This document shows positions 38,433-46,600 of a DNA stretch of 49,237 nt, in pieces. The stretch is from a bacterium (GTDB lineage: Bacteria > CG03): NCBI GenBank assembly GCA_013791675.1, contig VMTI01000208.1, forward strand, positions 1-49,237, given 5' to 3'. A model generated the notes under the pieces. That model had not been told where the DNA came from and made no database searches. It saw only the letters and a program-made list of their open reading frames with translations. The stretch's first letter is position 1. Every line of letters starts with the position of its first letter. A program made the position numbers and the translations under genes.

Positions 38433-38528
38433 ATGGGAAGTAAAGACAAAGCGAAGCATGAAGTGAAAAAAGAAAAAAAATTGTCTCTTAAAGAAAAGAG
38501 GAAACTGAAAAGAGAAAAGAAACAGTAA
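38433..38528 (+). CDS. 31-aa highly basic small protein (MGSKDKAKHEVKKEKKLSLKEKRKLKREKKQ)
   Basis: Below the track cutoff. ATG 38433 is preceded by GGGAGGA (5-nt spacer) and followed by a strong terminator hairpin. 16 of 31 residues are Lys/Arg. Confidence 0.45.
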   Translation: MGSKDKAKHEVKKEKKLSLKEKRKLKREKKQ

Positions 38529-38565
38529 TAAAACAAGTGAAGCCGCATAGTCATAAGCGGCATTG

Positions 38566-38600
38566 AAGACCCTCTGATTCCTGTCAGAGGGTCTTTTCTT
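38566..38600 (+). terminator. intrinsic terminator (12-bp stem AAGACCCTCTGA/TCAGAGGGTCTT, 6-nt loop, T-rich tail)
   Basis: Arms at 38566-38577 and 38584-38595, followed by TTCTTCTTTTT. The right arm overlaps the last codons and stop of the convergent NSS gene. Confidence 0.65.
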
Positions 38601-40080
38601 CTTTTTCCCTTGATTTAGCCGCGAAGTGAGAGAACAGAAAGCTCGCTGTGAAGACCATTATCAGAACGAGCCATCCGAAACAGAAAAGAGCCCACTGGGG
38701 ATAGCCCCCATAGGGTTCACTGATGTCCTGCACAAGCCCTGTTATCAGGAGGACGAGCAGCAGGACGGGGATTATATAGGTAATGGTTATGCTCCATAAT
38801 CTGCCGATCTTTATATCCGACACCTCATTGATGTAGGCGCGCAGTTTTTCCGCCCCGTAAAAATGGACCACCGCCCATATCTCGAGCAGTCCCGCGGCGA
38901 CCAGGCCGTAGTTGGTTATAAAATGATCGGTTATATCAAGGTAGTAAAGGCCAGCGAAACTCGTGAATATTATTCCGCAGATGAAATTGGCGACGCAGAC
39001 ATAGAAAGAAATATCTTCTTTTCTCAGGTGCGGATAATTATCGCAGAGAACCGTTGAGGCGGCCTCAACCAGAGAAAAAGCGCTGTCAATGGCAAGGCTT
39101 ATCAGCATTACAAAAAACAAAACGGCAAACAGCCCAGCCATGGGCATGAGCGAGAGCGCTTTCGGAAAAACGATAAAAGCCAGCGAAGGCCCGCTGGCGC
39201 CGGCCAGGTCCGCTATTGATACGCCGCTTTGGACCGCCATGTAGCCGAGCGTTGAGAAAACGGCAAACCCCGCGACGATGGAAATCGTAGAGTTTATAAG
39301 GGAAGTGATGATGGCGGTCTTGCTGATATCGCTTGATTCGTGCTGGAAACTGGCATAGGCAATCATTATTCCGAAAGCCAGGCTCAGCGTGAAAAATATC
39401 TGCGACGCCGCGGCGCGCCAGACCGCAAGATCCAGCAGTGCGTTGAAATCCGGTTTTAAGTAAAAAATTATCCCATCCGCGGCTCCGGGAAGTGTGACTC
39501 CCCTGATGAGAAGGACGACTAAAAGTATGACCGGCAGGGGCATGGTGATCATGACGACCTTTCCGACGCTTTTTACGCCTTTCCAGATGGAAAAATAAAT
39601 CATTATCCACACGGCCACCAGAGCGAAAAGTATGGGGAGAACAATTTGCCCGGGGTCTCCGGCTCCGCCGCTCAAATGAAGAACCTGATTGAAGAAAAAA
39701 CTTTCGGTATCCGCGCCCCAGGAGAGTTTAAAGGAGAAGAACATATAAAGGAGTGACCAGGCCATGATCACCGCGTAGTATGTCACGACGACAAAACCGC
39801 AGAGCACCGCGGCCATGCCTATGCCGGCGAGCTTCTGCTTGATCTTTTGAAAAGCGCCGACAGCGCCCAGCTGCATCTTCTGGCCTATTGCGAATTCCAT
39901 AATGAGAAGAGGCAGTCCCAGCACGAAAAGCATTATTATGTAGGGGATCAGAAACGCGCCGCCGCCGTATTTGCCCGCCAGATAGGGGAAGCGCCACACA
40001 TTGCCGAGCCCCACGGCGGACCCGACAGCCGCGAATATAAAAATTAGCTTTGAAGACCAGCGTTCTCGTTGTATCGTCAT
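38584..40080 (-). CDS. sodium-dependent transporter, neurotransmitter:sodium symporter (NSS/SNF) family
   Basis: ERWSSKLIFIFAAVGSAVGLGNVWRFPYLAGKYGGGAFLIPY, about 11-12 TM helices. Start set to ATG 40080 (MTIQRERW), 5 nt after GGAGGAG. The track ATG 40095 reads through that SD. Confidence 0.9.
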   Translation of the reverse strand: MTIQRERWSSKLIFIFAAVGSAVGLGNVWRFPYLAGKYGGGAFLIPYIIMLFVLGLPLLIMEFAIGQKMQLGAVGAFQKIKQKLAGIGMAAVLCGFVVVTYYAVIMAWSLLYMFFSFKLSWGADTESFFFNQVLHLSGGAGDPGQIVLPILFALVAVWIMIYFSIWKGVKSVGKVVMITMPLPVILLVVLLIRGVTLPGAADGIIFYLKPDFNALLDLAVWRAAASQIFFTLSLAFGIMIAYASFQHESSDISKTAIITSLINSTISIVAGFAVFSTLGYMAVQSGVSIADLAGASGPSLAFIVFPKALSLMPMAGLFAVLFFVMLISLAIDSAFSLVEAASTVLCDNYPHLRKEDISFYVCVANFICGIIFTSFAGLYYLDITDHFITNYGLVAAGLLEIWAVVHFYGAEKLRAYINEVSDIKIGRLWSITITYIIPVLLLVLLITGLVQDISEPYGGYPQWALFCFGWLVLIMVFTASFLFSHFAAKSREKEEKTL

Positions 40081-40221
40081 AGTGCTCCTCCGCATTTTCT
40101 CGATATTTTTTGAAGTTTAACAAATTCAAAATAAATCTCAAAATCAGCGCAATGCCCTGCGACAACGGCGCCGGACGCATTGAAGCGGCAAGCGTTGAAT
40201 GAGTGAATGGCTATCGCCGCG

Positions 40222-40893
40222 TTACAGAGCGATTATATTTTTGAGTTCAGCCATGGAATCTATGAGATAATCGGGGGCAGCTTTTATTATATCCTCTTTC
40301 AGGCCGATGCCGTAGGTGACGCCGCAGGTTTTTATGCCCGCGGCTCTGCCCGTTATTATATCTATGTCCATATCGCCGACGATGAGGGCGGAATCCGCGG
40401 AAAAGCCGTATTTATTCATGATTTTTTTGATGCCTTCGGGGCTCGGCTTTCTGTATTTTTCGTCGTTGCCTCCGATTATGTCCGTAAAATAGTCGCTTAT
40501 ACCCAGCCCCTGTAAAACACTGATCGCTATGTCGCGGTCCTTGTTGGTGAGAACGGCCTTTGTTATCCCCGGCAGGTTTTCAAGAGTTTCTTCGACGAGC
40601 GGATAAAGCTTTGTCTCGGTTACGGGGTTTTCGCGGTAGAAATCGCGGAACAAGACGAGGGCTTTTTTTATGAGATTTTCATTTTCCCGGCTCGTTTTTG
40701 TGCCGTTTTTATCCAGCGCCCGTCTTATTGTTTCCTCAAGCCCGCCGCCGACATAGGAGTGCACCTCCGAGAGCGTTTTATTTCCCTCAATACCGAGAGC
40801 TTCGCGTGTGCGGTTGACGGCGTCGGTGATATCCTGACGCGAATCCGCGAGTGTGCCGTCAAGGTCGAAGAAAATGATATTTATGGCGCTCAT
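40222..40893 (-). CDS. HAD-superfamily hydrolase (phosphoglycolate phosphatase-like)
   Basis: IIFFDLDGTLADS (motif I), VLTNK (motif II), KPSPEG, IVGDMDIDI (motif IV). Confidence 0.85.
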   Translation of the reverse strand: MSAINIIFFDLDGTLADSRQDITDAVNRTREALGIEGNKTLSEVHSYVGGGLEETIRRALDKNGTKTSRENENLIKKALVLFRDFYRENPVTETKLYPLVEETLENLPGITKAVLTNKDRDIAISVLQGLGISDYFTDIIGGNDEKYRKPSPEGIKKIMNKYGFSADSALIVGDMDIDIITGRAAGIKTCGVTYGIGLKEDIIKAAPDYLIDSMAELKNIIAL

Positions 40894-40991
40894 AGAGAGG
40901 AAGTTAACATTTGTCCGCGCCGCGTGTCAACGCCACGCCTAAGCGGAAAGTGCGCCGAGGCGTGACGGCGGACGCAGACGCCGCACGGTGT

Positions 40992-42065
40992 TTATTTGAT
41001 CTTGTCGTATATGCCGGAAAGGGCTATTCTTTTATCCGTCATTTCTCTGTTATCAGCGTACATCAGAAATATATCTTCCCCTTTTCCGTCAAAACCGTAT
41101 AGTTCGCCGGCCCCGTCGGCAATGAGGCGAGACGGCACCAGCTTTTTCATTTCTGTGTTATAAAGGCGGTAGTCGGTTTCAACGCGGGTGTGAGAAATAT
41201 CGGCGGGCATGTGTATGGCGATGAGCCATTTGCTGTCAGCGCTGACATCCACGATCTGGAAAATTGATTTCGGATCGCGCACCAGCGTCTCTGTCCTGCC
41301 GTTTTTATCGGTCATCAGTATGGCGTTCTGGGATTCGTCCACATAGATTTTCGTCTGTTTTTCCCCGGGCGATTTGATTATGCCGATTTTTTTCTCAAAA
41401 GAGATGGCGCTCAGGCAGGTGTCGTCATATTTGTCGCCGTGGTAAACGCTGAGTATTTTGATCCGGAGGATGAACACCGCCCTCGGTTCCTGTTTCACGC
41501 CAGCGAGTTTTTCGCGGTTGATCTTTTTAAATTGCCTCGACGCCGAGTTTTTGAAACGCGCGAGCGCTTTCCATTTGAAAGGGAAATTTATTTTCTGCGG
41601 CCTTGATGAATCCTCAAGGGTGATCGTTTTCGTTTTTTTGTATGGCAGAGCGTTAAAGAGCACGCCTGTTTCCGTTACTTCGCCGGTAATGTGTATACCC
41701 GCGAGAATACTGAGCTCAGCCTGTTTGATCCTGTTGTTATCTTTGAATATTTTGTCGCTTTTAGCGTAGCCGTTCTGTATGACGATGATTTTTGTTCCTT
41801 CATCGATAGCAATGCTGACGCTTTCGCCAAGACCGTCGTCTTTGGCGCCTTCCGACCAGCAGGTCGCGGAATTGCCGTCAAAAAGATTGTGCGCGCCGTA
41901 GAGCCCGCGGACATAAGCGCCCCTGTTTTCCAGTTCGGAACTTGAAAAATAAAGATGCTCATAGCCGTCCCGCAGAATAATTTCTTCCCAGAGGTTTTTT
42001 TGAGGCGATGAGCATGCCGCGATAAAAGAAATTGTCACAGCCAGATATTTGACCGTTTTGTTCAT
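40992..42065 (-). CDS. lipoprotein with N-terminal discoidin/NADase-type glycan-binding-like domain
   Basis: Lipobox IAACS. NLFDGNSATCWSEGAKDDGLGESVSI, IQNGYAKS, NNRIKQAEL, YHGDKYDDTCLSAISF match the F5/8-type-C-like sensor domain pattern. The C-terminal half is uncharacterised. Confidence 0.55.
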   Translation of the reverse strand: MNKTVKYLAVTISFIAACSSPQKNLWEEIILRDGYEHLYFSSSELENRGAYVRGLYGAHNLFDGNSATCWSEGAKDDGLGESVSIAIDEGTKIIVIQNGYAKSDKIFKDNNRIKQAELSILAGIHITGEVTETGVLFNALPYKKTKTITLEDSSRPQKINFPFKWKALARFKNSASRQFKKINREKLAGVKQEPRAVFILRIKILSVYHGDKYDDTCLSAISFEKKIGIIKSPGEKQTKIYVDESQNAILMTDKNGRTETLVRDPKSIFQIVDVSADSKWLIAIHMPADISHTRVETDYRLYNTEMKKLVPSRLIADGAGELYGFDGKGEDIFLMYADNREMTDKRIALSGIYDKIK

Positions 42066-42138
42066 AACCCCGCTCCTTTTATTCCATCACATGCCTGCAA
42101 AATAGCTTAGCATAAAATCAAGGTTTTGTTAATGAGAA

Positions 42139-42167
42139 TTGCGTGTCCGGCGCGTATTAGCTAAAAT
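42139..42167 (+). promoter_or_regulatory. sigma70-like promoter candidate (TTGCGT-17 nt-TAAAAT)
   Basis: -35 at 42139-42144, -10 at 42162-42167. The track's TTG start for the SPFH ORF is this -35 box, which supports the later ATG 42208. Confidence 0.45.
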
Positions 42168-42207
42168 GCGAAAAAGAAGATTTTTGAACAGGGACCGGGA
42201 GGTTACA

Positions 42208-43071
42208 ATGGATCAGTATGAAATGCAGGCGAAATTCGGAAAAGGCATAGGTTTTTTTGTGATGTTATTCATAGTTTTTGTCATTTTGATGAAGAGTCTT
42301 GTCGTCGTGCAGCCCGGCACGGTAGGTGTCAGGGTGCTTTTCGGCAAAGTCAATCCGAAAACCCTCAAAAGCGGTCTTCACCTCATCAATCCTCTTGTCA
42401 ATGTGGTGAAGATGAGCGTCAGGACGGAAGAATACACCATGAGCATCGCCTCGGCAGAAGGTTACAAGAGCGGAGACGACGCGATTGATGCCCTCACATC
42501 CGAAGGCATGAAGATCAGGCTGGATCTGACGGCCTGGTACCGTCTTGACGAGGCCAAGGCCGCCCAGGTGTATGAAACGATAGGAACCAATTACGAATCA
42601 AAAATAGTGCGCCCGGTGCTCAGAACCGCCATCAGGGATGCCGTGGTAAAATACACCGCCGCCTCTATTTACACGGAAAAAAGAGCCCAGCTCGTCAGCG
42701 ACATAGAAAGAATAATGGCAGAACTGCTTAAAGACAGGGGCATCATTTCCGAAAAAATACTGCTGAGGAATCTCATACTTCCCAAGCGCCTCATGGAAGC
42801 CATTGACATCAAACTCTCCGCCGAGCAGGCCGCGCAGCAGATGGAATTTGTTGTGATGAAAGAGAGGAAAGAGAAGGAAAGAAAAATCGTGGAAGCGGAA
42901 GGCATCAGACGAGCGAATCAGATTATATCTTCCGGCCTCACGGACAAATACATCAAGTGGTACAGGATTGATATGATGAAGCAGCTCGTGGATTCTCCGA
43001 ACAACACAATAATATTCATTCCCGAGGACATGAGCTCCACGCCCATAATCAATATACCAGCCCAGAAATAA
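42208..43071 (+). CDS. SPFH/band-7 (prohibitin/HflC-like) membrane protein
   Basis: ATG 42208 is 5 nt after GGGAGG. N-terminal TM, VVVQPGTVGVRVLFGKV, PVLRTAIRDAV, coiled-coil EQAAQQMEF..EKERK. Confidence 0.88.
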   Translation: MDQYEMQAKFGKGIGFFVMLFIVFVILMKSLVVVQPGTVGVRVLFGKVNPKTLKSGLHLINPLVNVVKMSVRTEEYTMSIASAEGYKSGDDAIDALTSEGMKIRLDLTAWYRLDEAKAAQVYETIGTNYESKIVRPVLRTAIRDAVVKYTAASIYTEKRAQLVSDIERIMAELLKDRGIISEKILLRNLILPKRLMEAIDIKLSAEQAAQQMEFVVMKERKEKERKIVEAEGIRRANQIISSGLTDKYIKWYRIDMMKQLVDSPNNTIIFIPEDMSSTPIINIPAQK

Positions 43072-43075
43072 ACTA

Positions 43076-43594
43076 ATGAGCGAAGGCCCAAGCTTTCACG
43101 CCCGCCGTGTAACGGCTATTTTGTGGGCAGTAACTCTTGCCGCCATACCCGTGACTTCCTATTTCGGCCGGATCTGGCAGCGTTTGCTGACAGGCGCAAT
43201 CGGCAGAACGGGAATCGGCTGGCTGATGGCGGCTGTGGTGGCGGTGGTGCTCGTGGCGGCGGCGGTTGGCCTTGCGCGCAAAGCGGGCTGGACGGGCCTG
43301 TTCCATCTTATGTGGATGATTCTGCTCGCCGGAGCTTTGATGTATCTGCTGCGAAGACATCCCGAGCGCTGGCTGCATATACCGCTGTTCGGCATGCTGG
43401 GTTTTCTGTCCGTCAGCCTTTTTTCCAGAACCGGCGCTGAAATAGCTCTCGCGGTCGCTTTTCTGGATGAACTCTTTCAGTATTACCACCCTGAACGGGT
43501 CGGAGATTTCGCGGATGTCGTTGTTAACGCCGTATGCGCTTCAGCGGGAATCATTCTCTTCCTTGTCCTTTCCAAATTGCCGAAAAAAGACTAA
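43076..43594 (+). CDS. VanZ-like membrane protein
   Basis: 172 aa, 4-5 TM helices, DELFQYYHPERVGDFADVVVNAVCASAG typical of the VanZ family. Confidence 0.6.
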   Translation: MSEGPSFHARRVTAILWAVTLAAIPVTSYFGRIWQRLLTGAIGRTGIGWLMAAVVAVVLVAAAVGLARKAGWTGLFHLMWMILLAGALMYLLRRHPERWLHIPLFGMLGFLSVSLFSRTGAEIALAVAFLDELFQYYHPERVGDFADVVVNAVCASAGIILFLVLSKLPKKD

Positions 43595-43626
43595 ATTTCC
43601 TTATCTGCCGACGTCAGCCGGCGCAT

Positions 43627-43658
43627 TTGACGCGAAACAGTTATTGTTTATACAATAA
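43627..43658 (+). promoter_or_regulatory. promoter candidate (TTGACG-16 nt-TATACA) overlapping the palindrome TTATTGT-ttat-ACAATAA
   Basis: -35 at 43627-43632, -10 at 43649-43654. Palindrome arms at 43641-43647 and 43652-43658, ending 5 nt before ATG 43664. Implies a very short leader. Confidence 0.3.
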
Positions 43659-43663
43659 AGGCC

Positions 43664-46600
43664 ATGCTCATGGAAAAGTTAAGACATAAACGCGGCGTCA
43701 TAGGCCGGCTGTTCCGGCCATTGGTCTCAATTTTAGTACTGTTCCCCATTCTTTCTCTGCTGCTTTGCTCCGCCCCCGCTTTTGCGGCTGATTTAATAAA
43801 TGAGAATTTTGATACTGCCGGATATTTCCCGCCGGCTGGTTGGGCAAGAAATAATGTGGCTATAACTACAAATACAACTTCTCCAAATAGTGCGCCGTAT
43901 CGTGTAACTGGTTTTGCCGGGGGCACAAGATATTTCTTTACCCCGCTACTTACAAATCCGGATAATCTAACTTTATATTTATTGGTCTCTAATACCGCTT
44001 CAATATTTGAGATTAGCGTAGGAACTTCTCAGGTTGTTAGCGGGGATTGGACAGTGGTATTTACAACCGGAGGGTTAACCAGTTGGGCACAGAACAGCGT
44101 CGATTTGTCCTCATATAATGACATCTATGTTAGATTTAGACGTTCTGCGGGTGCTAACTTCTTTTATATTGACGATGTTGTTGTTACAGCGAGGGAAACT
44201 ATCCCTCCCTGCGCGATATCAAATCTTACGGCGATTGCGGGGAGCAAAGCGGGGACGGTGCTGCTTAAATGGACAGCGCCCGGCGACGACGGCACAGGCA
44301 CGGCAAATGCTTCCGCTTATCTTGTTAAATACGCCACGAAATACATATCAACGGATGATTTTTACGCCCCCTGGGTTTCCACTTATACACAGAGCTGGAT
44401 ACCCGCCGCGTTCGGGGCCGAAGAAGGAACTACAGGCAATAGAGTTATAAGCAGTCTTGACCAGGGAACGACTTACTGGTTTGCAATTAAAACGAAAGAT
44501 GATTTAAATAATTGGTCGTCGTGGACTTCTTCCGGAACGGTGAGCTGGGTGAACACATCAAATTCTACGAGAACACTTATTGTGCCTCCGACACCGCCCG
44601 CGGCCATAAGCAATCTGACCGCTTTGACAGGGGACACAATTCAGGGAACAATAAAACTTCAATGGACAGCTCCCGGCGGCGATGGAACTAGCGGAGGAAA
44701 CGCCTCCGCGTATGAAGTGAAATACGCGACGAAATATATAGGGACGAACGATTATTACGCCAGCTGGGTCAGTACATATACACAGGACTGGATTCCCGCC
44801 GATGCAGGAACCGAAGAAGGAACATCGGGCAACAGGGTGATAAGCGGTTTGAATCCCGGCGCAATGTACTGGTTTGCCCTAAAGGCCCGCGACGAGGAAA
44901 TGGATTGGAGCGTGTGGACATCATCGGGGGATAATCCTTCGGTGAATGTTTTGAATTCAACGACGGCTTATTTGAACGAGCCGCCCTCGGCGGTAAGTAA
45001 TTTGACGGCGCTTTCCGAGGGATCCGGCCTGAGCGGCGAGATAACTCTTAAATGGACGGCGCCCGGCTCCGACGGCACGAATGGCACGGCCTCGGCGTAT
45101 GAATTGAAATACTCTACAAAATACATAAGCGCTGATGATTACGCCTCGTCATGGACAAATCTTTACGCGCAGAGTTGGACTCCGAACGCGGGCGGCTCTG
45201 AAGAATTGCATATACTCACCGGTTTTAAGGAGAGGACGACTTATTATTTCGCGGTTAAGACTTATGACGGCCACAGTTGGTCTGTGTGGCCCGGATCAAG
45301 CTCTGTCCCGAGTCCGTATATAAATCCGGATAGTTTTAATTTTACGACCTCATCCGCGCCCGCGCCTGTTGGTGACCTCTCATCGGGAACGGGCACAGGA
45401 GGGGGCTCTGTTATACTTTCCTGGACGGCTCCGGGGGATGACGGCACTCAGGGGGATTTAATTTCAGGGAGCAAGTTTCTTGTAAAATATTCGTCTTATC
45501 CCGCAAAAGATTGGGACGCGATGGATTACAGCTGGTATATATCGACGGTGACGGCGGCGGGCTCGTCAAACGCTTTTACGGTGACGGGGCTCATTGAGAG
45601 AGCGACTTATTATTTCTACATCAAGACCGCTGATGAAAGGCCTAACTGGTCGCCTCTTTCCAACAAGACGACGACCTGGGCGATGTTCACATATCCGCGG
45701 GGAGACCTCGTTATTGACGAGATAAGTTGGAAGATTTCTGAATCGGGGGATTCTTTAGTAGGAAATAAAAGATATGTAGAGATACAAAACAGAAGCACAT
45801 GGACAGTCGGCATTTCCCATTATTATGTGGGTACTGGCGGCGCCAGCGACGATATGCACTGGTCAAGCGGTGTGATACCTCCGGGTGGATTCTGGGTAAT
45901 AGTTGACGGTGCGGGAACCGATCAGAGTTTGGGAAACAGAATTTATACATTTGAGAATAATAGCGATTTAGGCACTTTATTTGATTTAGTCGCAACAGAT
46001 GATGTAATAGTAATATCAACAGCAAATACCGCGGGGCTGGGGCAGAATAAGGATAAGATTATTGATTTTGTGGCCTATACAGACGGCACGAATACACCCG
46101 TGGCAGAACCGATTGCGGATGTAAATGCCGCCATTGACGCGGGTCAATGGGATCTTTACGGAACGGGGGCGTCAAGTTGTGTGTGGGCGAGCAATGACAG
46201 TCAGCCGGGTGTTATAATCACGGAAGATTTTATACACAGGATACAATACGATGATATCGCAGGAAACTTGGCGACGCATTTTACAGTAACTTCTTATCCG
46301 TGTATAGGCGACACAATGGAATTTATACCGCCCGCCGCAGTTTCAAATCTCACTGCTTTGACCGGCGGTAACGGTCACGGCGGTGAAATAAAACTTGAGT
46401 GGACGGCGCCCGGCGACGACGGCACCGGAGGCGGCGATGCCGCCGCCTATCAGCTGAAATACGCTACAAGACAGATAGGCGCTGACGATTATGACGCGAG
46501 CTGGACAAATCTTTACGCCCAGAGCTGGACGCCCGTAACTTTTGGCACGGCGGAAAGCAGAATTCTTTCAATGCCCATAGAAGGCGCGACTTATTATTTT

